DNA of 31,500 nucleotides from Selaginella moellendorffii (lineage: Eukaryota > Plantae > Lycopodiophyta): the NCBI RefSeq assembly GCF_000143415.4, contig NW_003314303.1:277005-308504 (forward strand). The letters are read 5' to 3'. The position numbers and the translations under genes are program-made. The notes under the pieces are model-generated. The model made no database searches, was not told the origin of the DNA, and worked only from the letters and a program-made list of their open reading frames with translations. Below, piece after piece: positions 1 to 12,036 of this stretch. The stretch's first letter is position 1, and every line of letters starts with the position of its first letter.

Positions 1-1923
1 TTCCTTTGCCCTTATGTTCGCGGCAAATAAGTGATGAAGTGCATAGAGATACTATATCAACGGCTCTAAGGAATAGGTAAAGGTTAGTCCCCTCAACTTT
101 TCCCATGGCACCTTAACCCACTGATAGAGCTCACATGATTTACAATAATCGAGGATATCAATCTTCATATTCCTCCAATAAAAATTGTGCTTAATCAACT
201 CATATGTCTTCTTCCCCCCAAAATGACTAGTTTCTAGATGATCATGACAGTGGAATAAAATTTGAGTAATTAATATATCCACCCGTAGCAAATATACATG
301 GCCATTGTAGCAGAGAATCCTATCCACTAATGAGAAAGGGGCTTCCATCTGATCTTGCAAAGAGGCCACGTCAGCATCTTGAACTTGAGTACGCTCAACC
401 AATTGCCCAAACTTGTTGACCACTTTACTCAAATGATGACAAAACTGTGTTTTTAACATCGTCACATGACAAACATGAAATAAAGCATTCGCCACCACAT
501 TCAATTTTCCTAAATGATGCTCAAGAGGAAACTCCCCAAACTCCATGAGTTTGACCATCTAACGAACTTATTTAGTGTTCAACTCTTTCTGTATGAAAAG
601 ATACACAAGTGGCTTGTGATCCGTTAACACCACAAACACTACACCATAAAGATAGTGCTGCCACATCTATAAAGCATGAACAATAGAGAGTAACTCTTGT
701 TCATATATGGAATAACGTTGTTCTGCAGGATTCAAAGTTCGACTCTTATATGCAATAAGCTGTCCCTTTTACATGAGAACTCCTCCCAATGCATAACCAC
801 TAGCATCACATGTCACCTCATAAAGTTTTGATGGATCAGCAATGTGAAGCATTGGAGCCTCGCTCAACAATCATTTCAGTGCCACAAAACTCTCCTCTTA
901 TGGCTTCTTCCATTTGAATGGCACGTTCTTGTGCAACAACTGTGTCAAAGGAATAGCCACCTCCGCAAACTTATGTTGGAAATGTCAGTAGTAACTTGCC
1001 ATTCCAAGGAAATTGAGTAACTCAACCATTGTAGTTGGTGTAGGCTAGTTCTCCACCACAACCACCTTCCTTAGATCAGTCTTAACACCCTTAGATGTCA
1101 CAATATGACTTAGATATTCCACCTTCGACTTTGCAAATTCATATTTGCTCTTCTTCATATAAAGTTTGTTGTTACAGAGTAATGAAAGAACCTTGTGCAA
1201 ATGCATCTTATGTTCTTCCATATTCTTGCTGAAAACAAGAATATTGTCCAAGAGAATCTCCACAGACTCATGAAGATAACACCTAAATACCTTCGTTATC
1301 AACTGAGTAAATATGGCTAGTGCATTTGTCAAACCAAATGGTATAACTGTAAACTCAAAATGTCTAAAGCTTGTGTTGAATGCTATCTTAGAGATAAATG
1401 CATCATCCATTGTAATCTAATGATATCCACTCCTCAGACCAATCTTGGTAAACATAAACAGCAAGTAACTTGAAAGTGTTTTTCCATTACAACAAACCCA
1501 CTTCAAAGATATAGTGTAAAGCATAACAACTCCCTCTCCAAACCACACATCTTTAACACCATTGTATTCCAGTGAGACATGCTTAATACTCCATTTTATC
1601 TCCGGATCCACCTTCACCAACCATGGCATCCCAAGAATGAGATTCACACAATAGATATCCGTGACATAAAAAGTCTCTACAAGTGTGGTTTTGCCAACCA
1701 ACACTTTCAACCCCTCTACATAAGCATCGAAATGCTAATTAGAGATAGCTGCACCTTCCACTATGTATGGAAGAACTCCTCGTGTGAACAGGCCATGCTC
1801 CACAACAAACTTTGCCGAAACAAAGTTGTTATCGCTCCCACTATCCAGTAAAATCCATATTGGACCACCACAGAATACACCCTCCAGCATTAAAGCTGAT
1901 TCATGAGTATCCTCGAGCTCCAT
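1..1923 (-). pseudogene. pol: Gypsy pol pseudogene (aspartic protease, reverse transcriptase, RNase H, integrase zinc finger)
   Basis: Protease ILLDSGSDNNFVS (ORF 1735-1923). RT ...LRSGYH and IAFNTSFRHFEFTVIPFGLTNA...LLDNILVFS (degenerate YxDD; 1045-1410). RNase H EVTCDASGYALGGVL...YEQELLSIV...LTDHKPL (~585-830, with stops). Integrase HHCC region CHDHLETSHFGGKKTY...FYW...CKSC (52-558). Confidence 0.92.
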
Positions 1924-2096
1924 CTTATTCCCACATAATTGAGTTGACGAGCAATGTTCGAAAGCCTCTTCCTCCGACTAGAATGGTGGTCCCCATCATC
2001 CTCACACTACAAAGTTTGCAACTTTTTAGTATCTGACTTACTGTCAGTAGAAGATTGGCTATTCTTCTTGCCCTACTGCTTGTTCTTCAACTGTGG

Positions 2097-2602
2097 ACAA
2101 TCAGCCTTATAGTGTCCAGACTCACTGCAATAATGACAATTTTGTCTATAATTCTTCACAAAGAACTTTTGCTTCTTTGACCCCTTTGCATCTGAAGTAG
2201 TCACCACTGACTTCAACTTGTGATGCTTGTTCCCATCCTTGTGTCCACGGCGATCATCATGATGATTCTGGACAGAAGGACTTTGCGAACGCTTGCGAGA
2301 TTTGTGTTTGTCATTGTCAAGTCAACAAACTGTATCAAAGAGCTCCTCCAAACTCTTTGTAGGCTAAGAATGATGCAAGTGTTACCACATACTTTCACTA
2401 CGAAGGCCATCAATGAAGTAGGACTTGTTTTGATCTGGATCCTTTGTTGGAACATAGCTAATCAAGTGAATAAGCTTCTCAATATAGTACCCGAGCATTA
2501 GTTTCCTTTGTTGAAAATGTCAAAGTTCTATATAAGCATTTTCCACATCATAGTAAGGGGCAAAACGTAAACGAAAAGTAGCCTTAAACTCATCCATGGT
2601 AG
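2097..2602 (-). pseudogene. gag: Gypsy gag, 3' part with CCHC zinc knuckle
   Basis: 2097-2138 translates to CHYCSESGHYKADC (CX2CX4HX4C). TMDEFKATFRLRFAP next to the solo-LTR junction resembles the retrotransposon gag core. Confidence 0.85.
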
Positions 2603-4444
2603 TGTGAGACACAAAATCCCTAGGCCCCAAAGTGGAGCCGGAAAGGGTGCCACATGGTAGTGGCTGAAGCGAGAGCCAAACAAGCGTAACACGTTTGGAC
2701 CAAAAGCTCCGACTTGAAAAGTCAAGAGCGGGAGTGGAACTCCCAAAGAAGTGCTCGAGGAACGAGCACGAAGCGAGCAAAAAGCGAGGCTCCAAAAAGG
2801 GACCCAAAAGGACCAACACATGACACATGGAAGTGTCCGAGATGGACTCGAGTTGGAGTCTAAAGTGGAGTCTGAGATGGACTCGAGTTGGAGTCCGAAG
2901 TGGAGTCTGAGATGGACCCGAGTTGGAGTCCGAGGTGGACCCGAGATGGACCCGAAATGGAGTCCGAAATAGAGTCCGAGATGGAGTCCGAGGTGGACCC
3001 GAGATGGACCCGAAATGGAGTCCGAGATGGAGTCCGAGATGGACCCGAGATGGAGTCCGAGGTGGACCCAAGATGGACCCGAAATGGAGTCCGAGATGGA
3101 GTCCGAGGTGGACCCGAGATGGACCCGAAATGGAGTCCGAGATGGAGTCCGAGGTGGACCCGAGATGGACCCGAAATGGAGTCCGAGATGGAGTCTGAGG
3201 CGGACCCGAGATGGATCTGAAATGGAGTCCGAGATGGAGTCCGAGATGGAGTCCGAGATGGAGTCCGAGATGGAGTCCAAGATGGAGTCCGAAGTCGAGA
3301 CCGAGACCGGGACCGAGACCGAGACCGAGACCGAGATTGGGACCGAGAACGAGACCGAGGCCGAGGCCGAGACCGAGCCTGAGCCCGAGTCCGAGTCCGA
3401 GTCCGAGTCCGAGTCCGAGTCCGAGTCCGAGTCCGAGTTCGAGTCTGAGAGGGTGAAAGCCCAAAGCGTTCGTCTCCCAAACCCTGGGGGGTTTGGTGAG
3501 CTCCAAAAGTATAGTAGGGGGAGGACTGCAGTGGAGCCAGTTTAGCCAGGAAAGGCCAATTTGGCCCAAGAAGGCCGGACCCAGTGTTGGGTGATGAGCT
3601 GCCCACTGGGAAGTCCAAGACTAGAGTGAACATGGACTGACAAGCGGGGTAGCTTAGTGAAGTGTTCAAGAGCCGGCTTTAGTTCCCCCGGGAGATCGAC
3701 TGGCCGATGCTCCCAGTCCAAGTGTGGGTGGCACTACCTACTTGGATACCAGGCGTGGCTCAACGGAACCTCGCTCTAAGCCCATGGCTAGAGCACCTAA
3801 AGGCGAAAGGCGGGGAGAGTACCCAGGTGGCTCGCGTAAGGCCACGGTGTTCTGAAAAGTTGTCCCAAAGGCCTAGACTGTGGAAAGGAAGAGGAGCAGT
3901 CCTCTGGGGTAGTGACCAAGGACACAGTCGTGAGGTGAGGAAGTCCCAGAGGACCATGGGACTTAGTGGTCGGGCCTGTGGGCCTCGATCCAGTGGCAGT
4001 GTTGGCAAACACGGCCAGGGGCAGAAAGGGACTTGGTAGGAACTGAGAAAGGGACTTTGGGGAAGGCGATTCCCCAGGTCTATGGGCGTCCTAAGGATGC
4101 TAAGGAGTGGATCTAGGATGACCACTCGTGGACAGATGGCCCAGTCTTGGAGAGACGGGATGGTGATGCAAGTGGTATTGGACCACTAGTGCAGCAAAGG
4201 TGAATGGGCATGGCCTTAGCGTAATGGGCCAAGATGTCAGTGGTACCTTTGGGTGTCGGTCTTGGGACCGGACACGTGGAGCACTTGGACCAGGTGCAAG
4301 TGTTGAGTGGCATGGATGCCATTCTTGGGGCTAGCAAGTCCCAAGTCCTGAATTGGACTGATGGAGATTGTGAATGAGACTCCTCTAAGTGGTCAAAGGT
4401 GTGGTTAAGTGACTAAAGTAGAATGGAAAATTTAGTCGCTTACA
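2603..4444. mobile_element. Solo LTR (1842 bp) of a second LTR-retrotransposon family, nested in gag
   Basis: Starts TGTGAG, ends CTTACA. Perfect 5-bp TSD GGTAG at 2598-2602 and 4445-4449. The gag frame resumes on both sides. Homologous end to end to 18549-20025. Confidence 0.92.
2839..3446. repeat. Compound satellite inside solo LTR: 11/12-bp GAGATGGAGTCC / GAG(A/G)TGGACCC units, then (GAGACC)n, then (GAGTCC)n
   Basis: Directly visible tandem units. They explain the low-complexity SDSI/TPSR/MESE ORFs in several frames. Confidence 0.95.
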
Positions 4445-4801
4445 GGTAGACATTGGTGGTTTCTTACCTACAACATGAGACTCCTCAAGCCAATTCCACC
4501 ACTGAAGACCCACATCATGCAAAACCATTAGAATAGCCACTAAAGCCTCTACATCCAAAGTTCCCCTAGCAGCCAAGAACTTCTTCACATTGGCTAGTCA
4601 AGTGAGACAATCGTCCACATCACAATCATCAAAAAATATTGGAATCTTGAGTTGATCTACCAAGGAAAGCTTACTTGGAGTGCTACCATGTCCAGCCTCA
4701 TGCTCACGCATAGTATCCATTATACCATGCATTTTGTCTTGCATCTCTTGTTGATTTCGATTAAGGACTCGTAGTTCATAACAACATCTTGAATGGTCCA
4801 A
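4445..4801 (-). pseudogene. gag: Gypsy gag, 5' part (start approximate)
   Basis: LKIPIFFDDCDVDDCLT*...KKFL...LHDVGLQWWNWLEE...PPMST joins TMDEFK across the solo LTR. Lies just downstream of the PBS. Confidence 0.75.
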
Positions 4802-4890
4802 ACTTCTATAGTTCCATCGGCACCATCTTCAACACCACCATCAACAATAGGATTCCATCATTCAGTTTGGTTGGCCATTCTAACCAACTC

Positions 4891-4901
4891 CTTTGATACC
4901 A
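4891..4901 (-). other. Primer-binding site, initiator tRNA-Met type (TGGTATCAAAG)
   Basis: Reverse complement of ctttgatacca, 1 nt from the LTR terminal CA. TGGTATCA is the established plant iMet PBS core. Confidence 0.85.
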
Positions 4902-4902
4902 A

Positions 4903-5135
4903 TGTTATAATTTGGCACAAAAACACAGAGAACTAGTCTCCTTAGACTTTGCTATGCCACCTTTTGAGGTTCATCATCACCTAACCACTGCCAAGCTACC
5001 TCAAAAGCTCCACTATGCTGCCACTCCACTATAAACCCTAGGGTAGGTTAAGTCCTTTACCTTAACATGCCTTAATATGCCCTTGAGCCTCCCTTTGACC
5101 GATATTGACCACGTGGTCAAAGCTGGCACCTAACA
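4903..5135 (-). repeat. 5' LTR of the gypsy element (233 bp)
   Basis: TGTTA...TAACA inverted termini. Adjacent to the PBS on one side. Homology to the 10640 duplicate begins just after its other end. Confidence 0.85.
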
Positions 5136-5140
5136 AGGGT

Positions 5141-6185
5141 GGCCATAAAAGAATGTTATACATAAAGCAATGTAGAGGAATGTAAGTGTTTTGAAAAATT
5201 CTCTTATGCACATTTGATGATGAACTTTTGTAGTCACACAGCCTTTTTTCTTACTAGGCCGGGGGTTTGTGTTGGCATCTACATATGCCAAGGTAGAGCA
5301 CAACATTACACTAAAAAGACAAAGTAAGGAAGTTTTAATAGATTTACATTGCAATGACTATTCCCAAGTGGTTTGCAAACTATGTTTGTTGCCTAGCTTT
5401 TATTCCAAGCCTTTAAATGCAATGCAATGCCTCTCGACCTTGCACAATTGCCACACTTGCTATTGAAATAGGCAAAATCCCTACTCCAAATGATAGGCAA
5501 CTGGTGTGTTTGAGATGGATTTCAAGTCTTGTACCTTGGGATATGAGATGCTATCAATGGAGGAGGATGCCTGCTAAAAGGCCATTGATGACATCCTTGA
5601 AAACCTACCCAATCACACACCTTAGTAATTCAAGGTTGGTGAACATCATGGTCAACTACTTAGAAAAAGTGGACTCTTGCATATGGCCAATGGTGTGAAA
5701 AACACTATTCCATGAACTGGGAGAAATAATGTGCACTTTATCATCATGGAGGCATGAAGAAGACCACACTATAGTGGGCAATTGATGGGGGCTCTCACAA
5801 ATATAAAAATGGACACCCTTTTACAGTTTTTTCAAGTACGGAATATCATCCTACCAAAGGGAATTCTTCAAGTGCTTATGGTTTGACACTAGTGTGAGTA
5901 AGTAGTATCAATTTTGGCTCAAGGAACTAATTGAAAATTGGCAAATAGTAGTTTTTATTTGCCTTACTGAGAGGTGTAGTAATGCAACCATTCTCTTATA
6001 TCACATTGGAAATATAAGCAAAAGAGTGAGATGACAATGGTGCACTATAAGAGGAGTTATATGAAACTAATAAAGCCATGAGCATTTTTGGATTGAAAGG
6101 GGGAGTTCTAAAAGCACTTTAAAACCCACCCTCCATTGTCCCACAGTAGATGAGACACTAAAAATTTATATATTAGAGAACTAAT
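5141..6185 (+). repeat. Segmental duplication block A (direct copy at 10640-11768)
   Basis: Colinear from ggccataaaagaatgttata to attagagaactaat, with scattered substitutions and indels. Confidence 0.93.
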
Positions 6186-9100
6186 ATGAACTTTAATGAG
6201 AGAAATTCACTACTTTTACAAAGCTATCTTCATGCTTCTTTTTCTCTACATATCTATAATATAGAGATTGCCCAGCTCACAATGCTCAAAAAAGTCTAGA
6301 TCTAAGGGCTTGAGGTATTCTTCCTTCTTGTTCCAAATGCCAAGACAAGTCTTTTTACCCCGAGATTTAGAAGGTTCAAAGGAACCTTAAACATCCCTTT
6401 GTTTTGTTCTGAAAAAGCCTTACATAAAAATAACATAGCCAAACTATTAGAGTGTAAAAGAAATGAACTTTATATTAGAACTCAAATCTTGCCCACTTTT
6501 TGAACTTAGATTGTATCCATCCAGCCTACCATCATAAATAGAGCAGAGTTTATCTAAAGGATCCCATTTAGGATCACTTGGCATGGACACAAAACTGGCA
6601 TCAGCCCCCTTTCAATGAAATAAGCAAATGAAAGATGCACAATAGTGACACTTAGAATGGCTTGGATGAATGGGATCATGATCCATGAATGGCCCCATTG
6701 GTGTATGGGATGGGTATATAAACATGATAAATAACATCATGTCTAGTGGTGGAATATTCGACCCTTACAGCTATGTTGGGAGTGAAAAGTTATCATTTTT
6801 AAAAAAAATCATAACTATAACATACATAGTTAATATAACATTATATAAGAATATCCTATTTACAATTAATAACAATCATATAACATAAAAAAGTATAACC
6901 CTTAACATAATTTAACTAAAACTTAGAGTCTAGAATCTAATTGTTCAAGTGAAATCTTGGATCTTCTGCTGAGATGAAAATGCTCATTGTGGGATCCTGG
7001 CGATTAAAGTTTGGCAGCCACTAGAGGAATGGGTTTGATTGTAATTAGCATGTGAAATCTCCAAATGAGATCTTCTCTTGAAGGCTTCATTTGTAGTGAA
7101 AAGAGGTAAAAGTATAGTGAGCAATCCACACTAGATCCCAAGGGATCCAAGTTCATATGCATCCATCTTGTTCATGGTTTTTGGATTGCTGCTTGAAAAG
7201 CACATGGAGCTTGTAAACTGCTACTATCTTAACTTCCAAACCGTCACCTTGGATCCCTGTCACAGCCTTGTAATTCTTCAAGATTGCCTATGTGTTTTTC
7301 TAGCAGCTCCTAGCATAGAATAAAAGCTCATCATCATAAGATCAGGGTAAGGGCTCTAGAGAACAAGATTAGGAGAAAATACTATAAATAACACTTTTTC
7401 ACACTTTTCTAAAATACAAGGTGTAAAAAATGATATAACTATTTATGATCTATAATATGGTTATTTAAATACTAATTTAAAATTCTGGATATTTAGTTTT
7501 GGCATATGGTCATATACTCACCTAATTTAGGAGGAATTCAACCTACCAAGTTATCAAAGACCTTTTATAACTCTTGCTAGTTTTAAAAATTGATAAAACA
7601 TTTGAATACTTGGTTGTTAAGGTATGTTTTATTTTTCTTTTGTTTCCACTTGTAAAAAAAACAAAAAATGAAATATGATTACTTATAGATAATTTTGGTT
7701 TTCGAAGATATAATATTTTTAAAATAAAAATAATAAATTTAGCAATAAGTAAAATAACAATAATATTACTATTTTTTAGACATGCCAATATTGAGTTAGA
7801 AATTAATATTGACCATTATTATTTAGTGTTGCTCTAATAGCAAGTGAAGCCTTCGAACATGCTGACGTGGCAGTACTTCTTGGATCATTTCTTCGGAGGT
7901 GGCCCGAGCGCGCGCAGACTCTCCTACTAGAAAAGGTGTGCTTCCTTTTGGGTCCCGGTTTGACAGCTTCAGCAAATTGGCTTTGAAAGAAATCTCAATT
8001 GCAAGGAAACTTCTCTAGCAAAAGCAAAACTCAAATCCTGGAAGCGCTGCCGGGGCCGTGGAAAACTTCGATCCTTGGTGTACTTTCTGGGCCTGAATGC
8101 TTGCGGACAATTGTGGGCAGATCTTCACCGGAATAATTTGCGGCATTTTTTAAAGCACCAAAGTGGTGTTCATGCTGCACATAGGCACGAGCAAGCATGC
8201 AAATCCAAATGTTGCCAGTGACACCCAGCAGCTCTTGCATCCTGGCCCAGAGTTGCGGCCTGTCCTCGTCATACTCCACTCCACCAGCCGAGACGACTGC
8301 CTCTCTTATGGCATGACGGATCTCATCCGAGCTCGCTCCCAAGTCCCTCTGCGTGCTTGGAGACTGGATCCACGCCGCAAACGCCTCACAGATTCCTCTG
8401 GTGGAGTTGCTAATCGCAACAAAAACCCCTTTTCCACTGCGGGACACGCGCTGCCCTCCCCGTCTGGTATACAGCAGTGACTTGCCTGTGACGATCCAAG
8501 CAAAAAGGATCACGATTGAGCAAAGAGAAAGGCACTGTATAGACTCACAGTCTCGTTTCCACCTCTCACGATCAACGCTGGCGCCCAAGCAGTCCTCGAG
8601 GATCAGCTGCAGCACCAAACTCGTAAGCGATGGATGGAATCATTTACATGCTTACATAAACTATGTAGAGGATCATGTCGGAAATCCGAGGTCTCCATAT
8701 GGCCTCGTTGCGGCTGCCATCGTCAAAACGGTGCCTTTGAAGCGTGCTGTCGGAGCTCGCAGCCCGGAAGAGTCCGTCCCAGGCTGCCTGCTTGATCGCC
8801 CCGAATTCTTCTAGAGAGCACGCGGTCAGGCATGGATCCCACTGCACGTTGGCGCAAATCTCCACGAAAAGGCTACCGTAGTCATTGCCAAAGACGGTGG
8901 CAGCCGCGTCACAAAGCTGGCGACACTCGTCGCTGCTTCCCCGGCTCATCGTAGCCTGGATGTGCTCCACAATCGACTCCGATGATGTTGCTGCCGAGCA
9001 CAGGGATTTGAGCTCGGCGTGGTCGCGGCATCCCTTCCTCGTGTGCATCCATGTATAGATCAGGCGCGCAATCGGCACGCTCACGTCTGCGTGCTCCTGG

Positions 9101-10326
9101 AAGAGCGGCTCCGCGGTGGAAGTTGTAGTGGCCTTGGATCCACTGCTCGAGCCGGGCACGAATCTGGTTGTCCCATTGGATTTCTCCCGCTGCCATCACC
9201 TCCTTCCACACAAAAGTTGAATGCTTTCAAGCAAAACGGTATCAATCATCATACCTCCAACATCTGGTGCAGAGCGACGGTGAGGTCCATGGACTTCCAC
9301 TCTATCCTGGGCGCGTTTTCGATGCAGGAACGTATCCGTTTGAGCTTGTCCAAGGATGCCGGGGACAACTTTTCATCCTTCAGCACTGCTTGCTTGCTCA
9401 AGAACAGCAGCAAGAGATTTTCCAGGGGTCCAGCTCCGCCACCGCCACCACGGTCACCTGCTATAGCTTGTGCTTCGAATGCGTCGAGCCATTCCAGCGG
9501 CTGCTTGTTGCTCTGGAGCTGGAGCAACAGCCAGGTGAAGACGACGACACAAACCTTGCCGCTCGCATCGAACAGGAGAGCGGCATCAGCAACGCAAGTG
9601 GGCGAGAGAGTGCAAGGAAACAATATCGACACGATGGCTGTGGAAAAGGAACCAAGCTCTCAGTTTGAGAGGAATCCAAAGAAGAAGTACGCCTAGCTAC
9701 CTGACACATATTCATCTGTGATGACCAATGGGAAAGACGTTGGTGTCCGATCAGTGGCCTCCTCGACCTGCAAAAAAGAAAAAAAACCATAACTTTGCTA
9801 CAAACAAGCACTCACAAGGTGGAGTTCGGTCAGGGCGTACGTGCAGCGGCCTGTGCAGCACTCGGGGCGGGGATGAGGATTTCTAGATTGCTCTTGATGT
9901 GGGCTATGGCGCGTGAAGTAGTCGGCCGCGATGAAGAGGTGCAAGTAGCCATCCGGCACGGTAGCGCCAAGGACGCGTGCGACGGCCACAGTCCAGATCT
10001 TCCACTTGAGCTCCGAGACAGTGGAAGAGACCAGGACTTCGAAGAACCACGGGATGATCCAGCTCCAGTCCAAAGTGAGAGAACGTTGCCCTCACAACCA
10101 TCAGCAGTCTGGAGCCTATGCCGCTGCGGAACCATTCCGCCACGACACATGGCATCCACCCCACCAGCCCTATGCATAAAATAGGGTTTTTGCTTTGTAG
10201 ATTTTAAGGTTCCAAGTCGTCTTCGTCGCATCAGCACCAGAAAGTACACGGCATAGACCTCACCGTATAAAAAACAAGAGCTTGCCTGCCATTTCTCTTA
10301 CGATCCCCGTGGCGCAGCTCTTTGCC
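6172..10326 (+). repeat. Segmental duplication block B (inverted copy at 22796-29776)
   Basis: Reverse-complement identity along the block. The same peptides appear on opposite strands in the ORF track (e.g. 9249-9632 minus vs 23510-23839 plus). Confidence 0.95.
8031..10292 (-). pseudogene. Multi-exon gene of unknown function, copy 1, frameshifted (start approximate)
   Basis: GC-rich exon-like ORFs (9798-10164, 9249-9632, 8644-9211, 8031-8618) separated by short introns with GT donors. Frameshifts relative to copy 2: 8-nt loss near 10050 and 2-nt loss near 9113. Confidence 0.65.
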
Positions 10327-10639
10327 CATATCTAACCGCGCTTGGATCTCTGAGTTCCAAGCATTCCAGCATCCACAAAGCTACACACACGAAAAGAGAA
10401 GAGTTGGCGGTCACTCGAGTGAGAGAAAAACCCTAGGCATTGGCTTTCCATGACTCAAGCAGTGTAACGCCTCAAACACTTTATACTACTAGTTCTCGAG
10501 GTTTATAATAGAGAATGTAATGCTTCCATCATATAGGAGGACATGAAGGAAATTAAAACTAGCAAATCTATTAGTTTTATAAATAAAATTTCTAAGTTTC
10601 ACACCTTGATTTGGTCAATAACAACCATCAATGTATGGG

Positions 10640-11768
10640 GGCCATAAAAGAATGTTATATATAAAGCAATGCAACAAATTAGAGTTTAGATATCTCCTGA
10701 GAACAAGTTTAGTTGTTTTCAGTTGCTAGAATTGTGAAATCCAAGAGAAATGTAAATGTTTTGAAAAATTCTCCTATACACATTTGATGATAGACTTTTA
10801 TAATCACATTGCCTTTTTCCTACTAGGATGTGTTTTGTGTTGGCATCCACATATGCCAAGGCAGAGCACAACATTACACTAAAAAAGACAGTAAGGAAGT
10901 CTTAATAGATTTGCATTATAATGACTATATAAGCTATATTTGTTGGCTGGCTTTTATTCCTTTGAATGCAATGCAATGGCCTCCCAACCCTGCACAATTG
11001 CCACACTTGCTATTGAAACAAGCAAAATCCCTACTCCAAATGATTAATAGTGATGTGTTTGAGATGGATTTCAAGTCTTGTACCTTTGGGATATGAGAAG
11101 ATATCAACCTATTATGTGGGGCAATCTGCAAGTTGGAGGAGGATGCCCGCCAAAAGACCATTGATGACATCCTAGAAAACCTAGCCATCACACACCTCAA
11201 TAGTTCAAGGTTGGTGAACATTATGGTCAACTACTTGGAAAAAGTGGACTCTTGCATATGGGCAGTGATGTGAAAAACATTATTCTGTGAACTAGGACAA
11301 ATTGGAGAAATAATATGCACTTCGTCATCATAGAGGCATGAAGAAGACCACACTATAGTGGGCAATTGATGAGGGCTCTCGCAAATATAGGGATGGACAC
11401 CCTTTTATAGTTGTTTCAAGTACAGAATATCATCCTACCAAAGGGAATTTTTCAAGTGCTTATGGTTTGACAGTAGTGTGAGCAAGTAGTATCAATTTTG
11501 GCTCAAGGAAATAATTGAAAGCTGGCAAATAGTAGTCTTTATTTGCTTCACTGAGAAGTGTGGTAATGCAACCATTCTCTTATATCACATTGGAAGTATA
11601 AGCAAAGGAGTGAGATGACAATGATGCACTACAAGAGGAGTTATATGAAGCTAATAAAACCATGGGCATTTTTGGATTGAAAGAGGAGTTATAAAAGCAC
11701 TTTAAAACCCACTTTTCATTGCCCCACACTAGATGGGACACTAGAAATTTATAGATTAGAGAACTAAT
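10640..11768 (+). repeat. Segmental duplication block A' (direct copy of 5141-6185)
   Basis: Colinear with A, with extra sequence near 10672-10745. Ends in agattagagaactaat. Confidence 0.93.
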
Positions 11769-12036
11769 AATTCGATTAAGGATTCGGCTTCAATAAGGAG
11801 GAATTTGGTGGAAGCTGATTCAAGTCTGTATACAGCACCTCAACCGAATAAGACGACTGCTGTGGAGAAATCTTTCCGGACGAAGGCCTTCTGCGTCGAC
11901 GGATTTCCGGTCTCCTTTCTATACCACTCCTTAGAAAACCGAGGAAGAAATACTCTTCACACCAAGAAATGCGAGTTCATTAGCCACAAATAGCTCCCTT
12001 AAGATAACTTCAAGCCCTAAATTTGAATTTAGGACT

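Larger units (their letters stand above)
1..5135 (-). mobile_element. Decayed Ty3/gypsy LTR retrotransposon (probably chromovirus-type); 3' part runs off the window start; interrupted by a solo LTR at 2603-4444
   Basis: Minus-strand order is LTR (4903-5135), PBS, gag, protease, RT, RNase H, integrase, which is the gypsy order. Many stops and frameshifts. Confidence 0.93.

Noticed and set aside
2839-3446. CRISPR-like array
   Set aside because: The units are directly tandem with no unique spacers, the context is eukaryotic, and there are no cas genes.
3440-3612. Hammerhead ribozyme (retrozyme) in the LTR
   Set aside because: A GAAA hairpin and GTGATGAG are present, but I found no CTGAnGA core correctly placed with GAAA and three stems. 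An Infernal search would settle it.
2520-3669. Long ORFs rich in SDSI, TPSR, RS, LG or MESE (up to 349 aa), SR-protein-like
   Set aside because: They are translations of the satellite, open in several frames on both strands inside a solo LTR.
5141-11768. A and A' as LTRs of an element carrying gene B
   Set aside because: No TG...CA ends, PBS, PPT or TSD. A's left edge is set by the gypsy insertion and A' ends at the B' breakpoint.
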